Source: a virus (lineage: Duplodnaviria; Caudoviricetes). Taken from it: 39,530 nt of DNA. A program made the translations under genes and the position numbers. Positions 1 to 8,202 of this stretch are shown here, piece by piece. Position 1 is the stretch's first letter. Every line of letters starts with the position of its first letter. Below the pieces are notes generated by a model, which did not search any database, was not told the DNA's origin, and saw only the letters and a list, made by a program, of their open reading frames with translations. The DNA lies in the IMG/VR virus record IMGVR_UViG_3300037478_000354, positions 1 through 39,530 of that record; one strand, given 5' to 3'.

Positions 1-127
1 AGCCGCAGGATCGGGTTGTCAGATTTGGTCGCCTCGTCTAGCACGTCGAGCACTTTGGCCGCCTCCGCCTTGGTGAGCTCGTTCGCCGATGCGATGTTGC
101 GGCCGATGATGCGGGCGACGGTGTCGA
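1..127. repeat. 127-bp direct terminal repeat, copy 1 (circular-assembly overlap)
   Basis: Identical to 39404-39530; 127 matches a common assembler k-mer length. Confidence 0.95.
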
Positions 128-716
128 GGCGTTCGGCACGGTCTTCGATGCCGATTTGGCCGAAGCTGGCCATGAGTCGGGCCCGCTGGGCGGGGGTGTA
201 CGGCTGCGGCCCGTCGGATGGCAGCGGCGGGGCGGCGGCCCGTTGGGTGGTGCGCTTGGCCGGTGCCGCAGCGGGCTGCCGCCGGGCGGGAACACTAGCC
301 CGCTGTGCGGTGGCTCGGCCAGATGCCGCGTGGCCATCGTCATCTTCATCTTCGGCTGCGATACCGGTGATGGCCAGCAGCACATATCGGCGCGCGTAGG
401 TGATCGCCGAGCCCATCTGCATCGGATTTTCCGACAGTTTCAGCGGGTACTCGCCCGACTCGCAGGTGCCAGACGGAACGTGGGTGAGCGAGTAGGCGAG
501 CACGAACCTTGGCTCTTCCACACGCAGGGTCGGTTTGGTCTTGTAGATGACACCGAGCGCGTTGAGCCGCGGTAGGACGATGGCGTTGACTTGGACGAGG
601 TCGGCGTAGCGGGTTTTCTGGTTGCCGACCTGGCCGCTCTTGTTTTTGGTGAGCACTGGCGGGTCGGCTTGAAGGACGGCTAGTGCTTCGTCTAGCGTCT
701 GCGGGTTATCTGCCAT
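1..716 (-). CDS. ERF-family ssDNA annealing protein (5' part; continues across junction to stop at 39334)
   Basis: Hand translation MADNPQTLDEALAVLQADPPVLTKNKSGQVGNQKTRYADL...QMGSAITYARRYVLLAITGIAAEDEDDDG shows the ERF GSAITYARRY...DDDG motif; absent from ORF track because it runs off the edge. Confidence 0.88.
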   Translation of the reverse strand, partial: MADNPQTLDEALAVLQADPPVLTKNKSGQVGNQKTRYADLVQVNAIVLPRLNALGVIYKTKPTLRVEEPRFVLAYSLTHVPSGTCESGEYPLKLSENPMQMGSAITYARRYVLLAITGIAAEDEDDDGHAASGRATAQRASVPARRQPAAAPAKRTTQRAAAPPLPSDGPQPYTPAQRARLMASFGQIGIEDRAERLDTVARIIGRNIASANELTKAEAAKVLDVLDEATKSDNPILR

Positions 717-892
717 CAGTCCCACTCCGGTACGCCGGGCGAGCAGTCGGGGCACCAACCGCACGCCTCGTGGTTGCAGATCAGGCACTCTAAGTTGGGC
801 CGGTCGCATCCGCCTTTGTCGTCGTACTCGATGTCATCTCGCGCTAGCTCGACAGCTGGGTTCTCGCTCATGTGTCCTGGGTTATTAGCCAT
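716..892 (-). CDS. Small Cys-rich hypothetical protein
   Basis: MANNPGH...CLICNHEACGWCPDC; TGATG overlaps at both ends. Confidence 0.6.
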   Translation of the reverse strand: MANNPGHMSENPAVELARDDIEYDDKGGCDRPNLECLICNHEACGWCPDCSPGVPEWD

Positions 893-1779
893 CACAACTC
901 CATCGGGTCTTCGTCGGCCTTCGCAAGCACGTATGCGGACGCGGTGGGCGGCTCGATCGGATCGCCCACCAGGTCCCGCGCGCCCTTGTCGAAGATCCCC
1001 ACCTCTCGCGCGTACAGCAGATCCCGGTGCTGCCGTTCGTCGGCGACCACCGGCACCAGCGAGTAGCCGTTGGGACGGATCCAGATCGCGCCGACCCACG
1101 CCACCTCTGGCATCTCGAATGCGGTGTCCGGATCACGTGGATCGGGTTGTATGAACTCGCAGAACCGGTATCCGGCCAATTGCAGCGCGGTTTCACCGAA
1201 GATGCCGGAACGATTGGTCTTCGCGTCGATGAGGCAGTCGCGAATGAACCCATCGTTATCTCGCGGCAGGTGCTCGTACTCGGGCATATCCGGCAGTAGG
1301 ATGTCGCCGAAGATGTCGAGGGTCCCGACGTAACGGTGGGTTTCGGAGTACACCAGGGCTTCGATGAAGCGCGCCCGTAGCTGGAACTCATCCATAAACC
1401 GGACATAGCTGTCGACGTACGGTTTAATAAGGTCGGGTACCACCACCTGCTCACCGGCGATGAGTCGCTCGCCAAGTTTGTGCACCTGCGTGCCGCGGTT
1501 GGCGGCGGCATCTTTCGTCTCGTAGCGCCCGCCCTGTAGCTTCTTGAGCCGCGCGGATGGCGCCATTTCGGACAGCTCGTCCCAGTGGTCTATGGCGTAT
1601 TCGGCGGTGGCGTTGCCGGCCCAGTTGATGAGCGCCTTCTTGGGTAGACCTCCGTCGAGAATGGAGGTGACGCCGGTTATGCGTTCGTCGGTGTCGAGGT
1701 CGACGTACCAGTGGTTGCGGCCGCTGTCTCGGCGTTCGATCCTCACCGGTGCCACCCCCGGTCTGAGAGTGCGAGCCAC
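892..1779 (-). CDS. PD-(D/E)XK exonuclease (RecE/Cas4-like); start may be GTG 1746
   Basis: GVTSIL, AANRGTQVH, YVGTLD, LIDAKT, LQLAGY motifs; upstream of ERF gene. Confidence 0.85.
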   Translation of the reverse strand: MARTLRPGVAPVRIERRDSGRNHWYVDLDTDERITGVTSILDGGLPKKALINWAGNATAEYAIDHWDELSEMAPSARLKKLQGGRYETKDAAANRGTQVHKLGERLIAGEQVVVPDLIKPYVDSYVRFMDEFQLRARFIEALVYSETHRYVGTLDIFGDILLPDMPEYEHLPRDNDGFIRDCLIDAKTNRSGIFGETALQLAGYRFCEFIQPDPRDPDTAFEMPEVAWVGAIWIRPNGYSLVPVVADERQHRDLLYAREVGIFDKGARDLVGDPIEPPTASAYVLAKADEDPMEL

Positions 1780-1934
1780 ACTTCGCGTTGCCGGCTAGCC
1801 CACGTGGCGTGCAGGCGGATGCCGCGCCAGCAACTCGGCGGCGGCCGATCCCACGCACGTCGTGGGCAGCCGGGGCATTGCTCGGCGTGCCGGTCGTAGG
1901 ATTCGGCGGCGGTGGCCAGCAGCAGGCAGGTCAC
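1743..1934 (-). CDS. Hypothetical protein (H..C..C...C)
   Basis: GTGA coupling to upstream gene. Confidence 0.5.
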   Translation of the reverse strand: MTCLLLATAAESYDRHAEQCPGCPRRAWDRPPPSCWRGIRLHATWASRQREVWLALSDRGWHR

Positions 1935-2224
1935 TGGTCGCCCCCCATACGCTCGAGCAGGGTGCGGCCGGCGTCGGTGAGTTGCAGCCGGCTGCGCGGT
2001 GGCCATCCGGGCTCCCGCTGGTCGGCAGGCTTCACCAGTCGCAGCTTGGTCAGTGACCGGGTGGTTACGGTGACGGGCTTCCCGTTGAGCGTCCAGTCGT
2101 AGGACGTGTACGGGTAGGACTGCTCTTCGGTTACGTTGCCGGCGGCGACGGCGGCTAGCACTTGGCGCTGGGCGATGGACAGCTTTCGTCCACGGTCGGC
2201 GATCAGCTTGTCAGCGGTGCTCAT
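1931..2224 (-). CDS. Hypothetical protein, possible winged helix
   Basis: LSIAQRQVL...SLTKLRLV...LQLTDAGRTLL pattern. Confidence 0.6.
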   Translation of the reverse strand: MSTADKLIADRGRKLSIAQRQVLAAVAAGNVTEEQSYPYTSYDWTLNGKPVTVTTRSLTKLRLVKPADQREPGWPPRSRLQLTDAGRTLLERMGGDQ

Positions 2225-2390
2225 CGGTGGCCTCCTGCAGGGTTCGCGCGGCCCACTGGCCGAGCAGGTCGTGATCGGGTGGGATGGGTGTCGGTGTGCC
2301 GGCCACGATGCGTGCCAGCGCCTGGTCGCTGATGTCGGGTGCGGGGTTGTGGCCGTGGCTGCGCACCATGGCGTCGTAGATCGGGGTCAT
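2211..2390 (-). CDS. Hypothetical protein
   Basis: ATGA coupling; GGAGG RBS. Confidence 0.55.
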   Translation of the reverse strand: MTPIYDAMVRSHGHNPAPDISDQALARIVAGTPTPIPPDHDLLGQWAARTLQEATDEHR

Positions 2391-2755
2391 GGCAGCCTCC
2401 GCAGTGGTCCTCCGGCGAAGTGGAATCCGGCGGCGCGTAGCCGCTGCCGGCGCAGGTATTCCCTGTGTGGGTTGCGGCGCCGGTCGCGGCGGGACCGGGC
2501 TGCGAGCAGGTCGGTTTTGAGGTCGCGCCAGTAGCCGGGGGGCAGGTCGGCGCCATTTCGCCATGCCGCCCGCTGGACGCGACGCGCCTGCCACGCTGCG
2601 GCGGTCCACCGGCAGGCGCGTACCGGCATGGCGGGCAGCTCACGCAGGATCCAGGTGGTGGGGTCGGCTCGCCACAGGGCGATGGTGCAGCCGGCGGCGA
2701 CGATGATGCCGACTGTGATGCCGGCGATGTCGACCCACGCAGGGTGTGCGGTCAT
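2387..2755 (-). CDS. Membrane protein
   Basis: N-terminal hydrophobic segment IAGITVGIIVAAGCTIALW; ATGA coupling. Confidence 0.6.
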   Translation of the reverse strand: MTAHPAWVDIAGITVGIIVAAGCTIALWRADPTTWILRELPAMPVRACRWTAAAWQARRVQRAAWRNGADLPPGYWRDLKTDLLAARSRRDRRRNPHREYLRRQRLRAAGFHFAGGPLRRLP

Positions 2756-2973
2756 CGCGGGCTCACCTCCAGATCGCTGTGCGTGTCGCGGAATGCCTCG
2801 GTGACCGCGGCCCACGCCTCGTCTCCGCCGTCGAAATCGGCGACGGTCAAAAGGTTGGGCGGTGTCTCGTGGTCGGCCAGCCGCCGGTGCAGCCGCCACA
2901 CCACCCACGTCAGGACCACCAAGGCCACCCACATCGAGACCAGCGCGGCCATCATGAACACTTCGGGGGTCAT
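2752..2973 (-). CDS. Small membrane protein
   Basis: One TM segment; ATGA coupling. Confidence 0.65.
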   Translation of the reverse strand: MTPEVFMMAALVSMWVALVVLTWVVWRLHRRLADHETPPNLLTVADFDGGDEAWAAVTEAFRDTHSDLEVSPR

Positions 2974-3182
2974 TTGCTGCTCCTCTCAAAGACGGCGAGG
3001 TCGTCCTGCGGCCGGCGGCTGCGCATCGTCCGCAGCCCACCTTCGACGGCACGCATCCACCGTCCGCGGCACCAACCGCAGTGGTCGCCGCGACGTGTCC
3101 GGTTGCGGCATTGGCCGGGTCGGTGTAGGCAGCCGGAGTGGCCGGTGCAGTGGCATCCGGCAGTGGCGATGACGGTTTTCAC
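2970..3182 (-). CDS. Small Cys/His-rich hypothetical protein
   Basis: GTGA overlap with WhiB stop; CHCTGHSGCLH...C...CGWC. Confidence 0.55.
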   Translation of the reverse strand: MKTVIATAGCHCTGHSGCLHRPGQCRNRTRRGDHCGWCRGRWMRAVEGGLRTMRSRRPQDDLAVFERSSK

Positions 3183-3952
3183 GCGGGCTCCTTTCGCGTA
3201 GGGCGGCGGCGGCGGTGGCGCCATTCGGCGTTTCTGCACAGCTCGCAGCGGCATCCCCAGTTGCGATAGGTGCTCGGTTCGGCGTGCGGTGCGAGGGTGG
3301 GGTCAGCGGCCAGCCGCCGCCGCCGGTCCGCTGCTTGTACTGCCTGCCGAGGCCGGTTGCGCTGGTGGTTCGCGTCCCGTTCGCACGTGCTGCGGCAGTA
3401 CTTCTGGTGCGGGTAGGCGACGAAGGCGATGTTGCAGTTTGTGCACCTGCGCTCCCGTGACTTGGTTGGCTTTGGTGGGCTGGGTTGCCGTTTGAGGCCG
3501 AGCCGCCGCCGCCGTTTCTGGATACCGTTGATGCCGCGGTTAAGGACGGTGGCCATCCGCTGGTCGGTGTGACCGATCTGGAACATGGCGCTTAGCCGAC
3601 GGTCTTCCTCGACGCTCCACGGCATGCCTTCGCGGGCGGTGGTGGGCTGGGGGACGTAGATGCCGTCCAGCCGCCGACCGGGGTGGCGTTCGGGGCTGGT
3701 TCTTCCACCCCAGATTCCATGCGCTTGCCCGGTTTCGGTTGCCCACTCGTAGCACTGTGCGACGACTTCGCAGGTGGCGCACACGGCTTTCGCGGCTGCG
3801 ATCTGAGCACGGATGGCGTCGCCGCGGGCGATTTCGTTCGGTGGGAAGAACAGCTCGGGGTCGTGGTATTGGCAGGCGGCGTCCAGCCGCCAGTTGCGCG
3901 CCGGCTCAGAGGTGGACTGGTGCTCGCCGGTGTGCACTCCGATGGCGGTCAT
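3179..3952 (-). CDS. whiB: WhiB-family regulator with C-terminal HTH and Zn-binding extensions
   Basis: WRLDAAC...DPELFFP...AKAVCATCEVVAQC...GIWGG WhiB signature. Confidence 0.9.
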   Translation of the reverse strand: MTAIGVHTGEHQSTSEPARNWRLDAACQYHDPELFFPPNEIARGDAIRAQIAAAKAVCATCEVVAQCYEWATETGQAHGIWGGRTSPERHPGRRLDGIYVPQPTTAREGMPWSVEEDRRLSAMFQIGHTDQRMATVLNRGINGIQKRRRRLGLKRQPSPPKPTKSRERRCTNCNIAFVAYPHQKYCRSTCERDANHQRNRPRQAVQAADRRRRLAADPTLAPHAEPSTYRNWGCRCELCRNAEWRHRRRRPTRKEPA

Positions 3953-4209
3953 GATGTGACCTCCTGGTGGTGGCCCGGCCGGGAGTCTGCGGTGCGGTTG
4001 ATATAGATGTGGCCACGGTCGGCCGGGTAGGCGGCGGTGCCGGACAGCCATCCGACCAGATGGTTGGCGATGGCCCGCCGGTCTGCGGGCTCGAGCAGGT
4101 ATCGGCCGCGCCACAGGTCGAGCAGCGTGTCCACTTGGGCGCGAGTGGTCGGGTCGAACTCGTGGAGGGCGGAGACGGCGGTCTCCTGGACGCGGGTGAG
4201 CGGGGTCAT
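3949..4209 (-). CDS. Hypothetical protein
   Basis: ATGA coupling both ends. Confidence 0.6.
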   Translation of the reverse strand: MTPLTRVQETAVSALHEFDPTTRAQVDTLLDLWRGRYLLEPADRRAIANHLVGWLSGTAAYPADRGHIYINRTADSRPGHHQEVTS

Positions 4210-5441
4210 GACGGCACCCCCAGCGCAGCGGCCAGTTGCTCGCCGATGTAGCGGGTGTACGCGGGTGGGATAGCCTGTGAGAGTTCGTCGCCTGTCATCC
4301 AGTCGATACCCATGCACAGCGGGCCCGCGTGAACGCCGATGTTGCCGGTGACCGATAGGTTGTAACCGTTGGCTAGGGCGCTGATCCGGTTCTTGGTGCT
4401 GGTCGGCCGGCGGTGGCGCGGGTGGGGTGGCTGTGCCAGTAGTGCGGTGATTCGCGGGTCGATGGTGAAGCGGCGGTGGCGGACCGTGCGCAGTCCGAAC
4501 ATTTCACCGCACAGCAGGATGTCCGCACGGTTATGTGCGGCGCCCACGTTTTCAACCACCCACACCGCAGGTTGCTCGCCGAGCAGATCGAGGGTGGCGT
4601 TGAGCATCCAGCCGGTGCCGTGCTTGCCGGCGCGCGCGCGTAGCGGGCTGTGGTCCTGGCACGGTGGGCTCGCGTGGATGGCGTCGTACTCGTGGCCGTG
4701 CGCGGCCAGGTACTCCAGCGCATCGCCCTGGACGAACTCGAACGGATATCGCGGCTGCGGCTCGATGTCCACGCCGACCACGTCGAATCCGGCACGGTGG
4801 TATCCCATGGCCGCACCGCCAGCTCCACAAAACAGGTCGAGCAGACGACGGCGGTGCTGCGCGCGGCATCCGCCTGGACTTAGAAAACCTTGGGCCGCCC
4901 CCTTGACGGGTGCATCTACACCGGGATACGGTGTAGATACACCAACAGAGGAGATGCCATGAGAACTGTCACCGCTATCTACGCCCCCCGCATCGCCCGC
5001 GCCATCGACACCAACGACTCCGCCACCATCGCGCTGGTCGAGGACCTGATGCGTGACGGGCGCAGCGGACTCGACGGGCTGAGCACCACGGCGTTCGCCC
5101 GCGTCGCCCGCGAGGCCATGGCCACCGCCTTGGTCATCGCGCTGGCAGGCGAGCTGGTCGACTACTGCGAGGCGGTCGGGCTGGCCGTCCCAACCCTGCG
5201 GATCTGAGATGCCTGACCAGCCCAAGACTCCGCTGCGGTCGCTGCGCATCGATGACGCGTTGTGGTCGGCGGCGTTGGACAAGGCCCGTTCGCAGGGCCG
5301 AACGCTGTCCGAGGTGATCCGGGAGTGGCTGCGGGAGTACGTCCGTTGAGCCACCCCGTTCTGACCGCGCACCACGTCAAGGTGCGCGGTCCGACGGTGG
5401 CCCGCCCCGGTGGCGTAAACGTTGGCCCGGTTGACGGTCAT
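4206..5441 (-). CDS. DNA cytosine-C5 methyltransferase-like protein with long N-terminal extension (MTase domain ~4206-4850)
   Basis: LLDLFCGAGG (motif I), HASPPCQ (motif IV), VVENV (motif VI), R.R motif; only coupled start is ATG 5441. Confidence 0.85.
   Translation of the reverse strand: MTVNRANVYATGAGHRRTAHLDVVRGQNGVAQRTYSRSHSRITSDSVRPCERALSNAADHNASSMRSDRSGVLGWSGISDPQGWDGQPDRLAVVDQLACQRDDQGGGHGLAGDAGERRGAQPVESAAPVTHQVLDQRDGGGVVGVDGAGDAGGVDSGDSSHGISSVGVSTPYPGVDAPVKGAAQGFLSPGGCRAQHRRRLLDLFCGAGGAAMGYHRAGFDVVGVDIEPQPRYPFEFVQGDALEYLAAHGHEYDAIHASPPCQDHSPLRARAGKHGTGWMLNATLDLLGEQPAVWVVENVGAAHNRADILLCGEMFGLRTVRHRRFTIDPRITALLAQPPHPRHRRPTSTKNRISALANGYNLSVTGNIGVHAGPLCMGIDWMTGDELSQAIPPAYTRYIGEQLAAALGVPS
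4903..4942 (+). promoter_or_regulatory. Promoter TTGACG-N18-TACGGT overlapped by 14-bp inverted-repeat operator
   Basis: GTGCATCTACACCG-ggata-CGGTGTAGATACAC (1 mismatch) at 4910-4942. Confidence 0.7.
4959..5207 (+). CDS. Hypothetical protein (antisense-nested in MTase ORF)
   Basis: GAGGAG RBS, GC3-rich codons, MRTVTAIYAPRIARAIDT... Confidence 0.75.
   Translation: MRTVTAIYAPRIARAIDTNDSATIALVEDLMRDGRSGLDGLSTTAFARVAREAMATALVIALAGELVDYCEAVGLAVPTLRI
5209..5349 (+). CDS. Ribbon-helix-helix DNA-binding protein (46 aa)
   Basis: MPDQPKTPLRSLRIDDALWSAALDKARSQGRTLSEVIREWLREYVR is a typical RHH pattern; below ORF-track cutoff. Confidence 0.85.
   Translation: MPDQPKTPLRSLRIDDALWSAALDKARSQGRTLSEVIREWLREYVR
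5363..5391 (+). terminator. GC-rich hairpin after RHH gene, putative terminator
   Basis: GACCGCGCACC-acgtcaa-GGTGCGCGGTC perfect 11-bp stem. Confidence 0.55.
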
Positions 5442-5725
5442 GACGGCTCACCGCCGCTTGCGGCTACCGCGATCAGGTCCCGCAGCAATGCGGGCACATC
5501 ACGGCTGAGTCGGTGATCCCTGATCCACCCGTGGTCGAACCGCCACTGACCTTTAGCATCGATGCGCCAGACAGCGCCCATACGGTGGGTGTGACCTCGG
5601 CGGTACTGCCACGGGCCACGCTCGAGGTATATGTCGATCTCGGGGGGATAGTCGCGGTCAATGCGTACTTGCCATCCACCAGCGGTTACGGCGGTGCGGA
5701 TGAGTCGCCACGCTGCCGGGGTCAC
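5438..5725 (-). CDS. Hypothetical protein
   Basis: Trp-rich ORF coupled at both ends. Confidence 0.65.
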   Translation of the reverse strand: MTPAAWRLIRTAVTAGGWQVRIDRDYPPEIDIYLERGPWQYRRGHTHRMGAVWRIDAKGQWRFDHGWIRDHRLSRDVPALLRDLIAVAASGGEPS

Positions 5726-5883
5726 CGGGCACCTCCTACGGCGGCGCGTCCCGGCAGGAATCGCGTGTCCTCACGTACAGCGGGCACCTGTCGGGACGGC
5801 CGCAGGTGGTGCGCGCCCCGCGCTCGGCCCGTGGGCCCCCGTCGGTCACGCGGGCCGAGCAGCGAGCCGAACAGGGCGATCAC
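5722..5883 (-). CDS. Small hypothetical protein
   Basis: GTGA coupling both ends. Confidence 0.5.
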   Translation of the reverse strand: MIALFGSLLGPRDRRGPTGRARGAHHLRPSRQVPAVREDTRFLPGRAAVGGAR

Positions 5884-6473
5884 CGGGCACCCCCGATCAG
5901 CGATGCCATCAGCTGGCATGCCCCATCGGCCGGTGGGTCGAACCGCGGCTCGCCCTTGCCGCCGCGGCAGGTGGCGAACGACTCGGCCCAGTCCTCACCG
6001 GCCGCGCCGCGCCAGGTAGCCGTGTCCACGGCCCCGCCGCTGTAGCCGTACGACCAGGGCGCGTCAGCCGAAAACCCGCGGTACATGCGCCACAGCGCCC
6101 GGCCGTGATCGTCGAGGTAGGCCGCGTCCCAGGAGTGGCCGATCTCGTGTAGCACCGTCCACCTGACCTGGTCGTGGGTGTTGTGTGCGGCCGGCCAGAT
6201 GGTGATGGCCTGCCGGCGTCGGTTGGCCGATCCGATGAGGTCTGTTGAGGGACCGCAGTCGAAGTTGATCTGCCAGCCGTCGGGTAGTGCCGGTGCGTCG
6301 GCGACGTATTGGCTGCCATCGCAGGTGGGCGTGTCAGCGGTTGCTGTAGCAGTCCAGAGCATGGCGGCGCCAGCTGCTGTGGCTGCGATGGCGAGCAGGG
6401 TGATGCTGGCGCGGGCTGCGGGGCGGGTCTGCGGGTGGGTGGCCCACACGGTCAGGTGGTGGCGCCACATCAC
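5880..6473 (-). CDS. Secreted/anchored zincin-like metallopeptidase
   Basis: Hydrophobic signal ending ATATA-D; VLHEIGH (HEXXH) and EDWAESF. Confidence 0.7.
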   Translation of the reverse strand: MMWRHHLTVWATHPQTRPAARASITLLAIAATAAGAAMLWTATATADTPTCDGSQYVADAPALPDGWQINFDCGPSTDLIGSANRRRQAITIWPAAHNTHDQVRWTVLHEIGHSWDAAYLDDHGRALWRMYRGFSADAPWSYGYSGGAVDTATWRGAAGEDWAESFATCRGGKGEPRFDPPADGACQLMASLIGGAR

Positions 6474-6811
6474 GACTCACCGCCGAAGCGCTCGTTGATG
6501 TAGTTGAGGGCACGACGTTGCTCATCGGGGGACAAGTCACCGAGGACGTCGACAATGGTCGCGATGGCGGCAACCTCGGCGGTAGTCGAGACAGTCCGTC
6601 TTGCCCTTTCTACAGCGGCAGTGACGACGCCCTGTTCCTTCTCGTATGCGTCTAGGGCGTCGCTGATGACTTTGAGCGTGTGCCGAGTGGCTGGGCGACC
6701 AACCTCGATGTTGCGGATGGTGCCGCGATGGACACCCGAAAGCTCGGCGAGGCGTTGCTGTGACAGCTTGAGAGCTGTACGCCGGTCCAGGACAATAGCG
6801 CTGTCAATCAC
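6470..6811 (-). CDS. XRE-family HTH protein
   Basis: RRTALKLSQQRLAELSGVHRGTIRNIEVG; GTG start overlapping upstream stop. Confidence 0.85.
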   Translation of the reverse strand: MIDSAIVLDRRTALKLSQQRLAELSGVHRGTIRNIEVGRPATRHTLKVISDALDAYEKEQGVVTAAVERARRTVSTTAEVAAIATIVDVLGDLSPDEQRRALNYINERFGGES

Positions 6812-6990
6812 CTCGTCCACCTCCCGGCGGTGTACGCGACGACGGCCAGCAGCAGCAGGCCGGCCACGGCCAGCAGCGCCCAGGGCCAGGTGCGCCGCTG
6901 GTGGGGCAGGGGGGCGGTGTCCATTCGGGCGGCGTCGGCGGCGGCGGTGATGTGCCGGATCCCACCGAGGTCGGCCTCGGGGCGAGTCAT
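6808..6990 (-). CDS. Small membrane protein
   Basis: C-terminal TM segment; GGAG RBS. Confidence 0.65.
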   Translation of the reverse strand: MTRPEADLGGIRHITAAADAARMDTAPLPHQRRTWPWALLAVAGLLLLAVVAYTAGRWTR

Positions 6991-6999
6991 GATGTGCTC

Positions 7000-7224
7000 C
7001 TAGCGGGTGAGCAGGGTGTAGGCGACGATGGCGGCGGCGGTGGCGGCGGCGGTGAGCAGGAAGACGACGATGAACGCGCAGCCTGGGCCGACCCGGCGGC
7101 CGCCGTTGCCGTTGCCGTTGCCTCCGGCGGGGCTGGTGATGCGCTGGGCCGCCGGGTCGGGGATGCGTGTGCCCCGGTGGCCGGGGAACGGCACCCCGTT
7201 GATGAGGCGGTTGTTCTTGTTCAC
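7000..7224 (-). CDS. Small membrane protein
   Basis: C-terminal TM segment. Confidence 0.55.
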   Translation of the reverse strand: MNKNNRLINGVPFPGHRGTRIPDPAAQRITSPAGGNGNGNGGRRVGPGCAFIVVFLLTAAATAAAIVAYTLLTR

Positions 7225-7274
7225 GTGGGCGTCCGGGCCTTGAACCCGGAAGGCTGCCAGCCGCCCGTAGCAGA

Positions 7275-7838
7275 TCAGGACTGAGCTCCGGCATCACTCA
7301 GCAACGCCACCTCTTCTTGCGCGCGCTTGATGTGCAGGTGGTAGATCCGAGCCTTCTTGCCCTCGTTGGTCCGTCCGTCGAGGGAGTTGACGGCCACCTC
7401 CAGAACGTGAGCGATCGTCTGAACGCGACGTTCGGTGTCCTGCAGCCTGTTGATGACCCAACGGGACTGTTCGGCATCGACGGAGGCGCCGGTTGCCTTG
7501 GCGACGGCCTTCACGGCGTCCTGCCGCTCGGCGCCCATGTTCGCCAGCTCGATGTGATCGGTTACCGACTGCGGCTCACCGGGGGTGGGGGGGACGTCCC
7601 CCCCACCCGCCGTGATGTATGCGGCGTAGCCGTTGGCCATCGCGCCGACCGATTTCTTGTGGACGCCGACCTGGCGGGCGTACTCGCGGAACGACACCCG
7701 GTCCGGGTTCGACTCGTCCAGAGTCCAGTGCCAACGCAACTGGGCCAGATCGTCTGCGGCCTTCTGCAGGGTGCGATCCTGCTGGACCACCTCAGTGGGC
7801 AGATTGGTCATGACTTTCCTTTCGGGTTGGTCGTTCAC
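7275..7838 (-). CDS. Putative DNA-binding/antirepressor-like protein (start 7838 or 7811)
   Basis: SFREYARQVGVHKKSV HTH-like segment; immediately downstream of cro. Confidence 0.6.
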   Translation of the reverse strand: MNDQPERKVMTNLPTEVVQQDRTLQKAADDLAQLRWHWTLDESNPDRVSFREYARQVGVHKKSVGAMANGYAAYITAGGGDVPPTPGEPQSVTDHIELANMGAERQDAVKAVAKATGASVDAEQSRWVINRLQDTERRVQTIAHVLEVAVNSLDGRTNEGKKARIYHLHIKRAQEEVALLSDAGAQS

Positions 7839-8068
7839 GAGGTCACCTCGGCGGAGTCGGTGGGGATCAGCGCGGACAGCGGCACGCCGAGCTCGACAGC
7901 GATCTGCTCCAGCTCCACCACCGTCAGCGGCGCCTGGCCAGCCAATCGGCGGTGCAGCTGCATCCGGCCCCAGCCGAGGCGGCGGGCCAGCTCTGACTTG
8001 CTGATTCCCTGGTCCGCGACGATGCGCTGGAGCTTCAGGACTACTGGGTGCGTGCGGCTTGTGCTCAC
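7835..8068 (-). CDS. cro: Cro-like XRE HTH regulator
   Basis: ISKSELARRLGWGRMQLHRRLAG; divergent from repressor. Confidence 0.85.
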   Translation of the reverse strand: MSTSRTHPVVLKLQRIVADQGISKSELARRLGWGRMQLHRRLAGQAPLTVVELEQIAVELGVPLSALIPTDSAEVTS

Positions 8069-8074
8069 GCAAGT

Positions 8075-8195
8075 AGTGTTGCACTAGCTCCGTGCAGAAT
8101 CAACGCGCTGGGGGAAGTCGGCCCAAAGTTCACCTGAACGGGGGATGTGCAATCAACCCATAGGACTTGCTTTATGAACGGTATCCGTGCACCCT
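8075..8195. promoter_or_regulatory. Genetic switch: three operators TGMAC-N7-GTGCA with divergent promoters
   Basis: 8080-8096 TGCACtagctccGTGCA, 8135-8151 TGAACgggggatGTGCA, 8175-8191 TGAACggtatccGTGCA; TTGCTT-N17-CACCCT (+) and TTGATT-N17-AACACT (-). Confidence 0.75.
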
Positions 8196-8202
8196 AGTCG
8201 GT

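Noticed and set aside
892-1779. Cas4 as part of a CRISPR system
   Set aside because: No array or other cas genes; context with ERF indicates a recombination exonuclease
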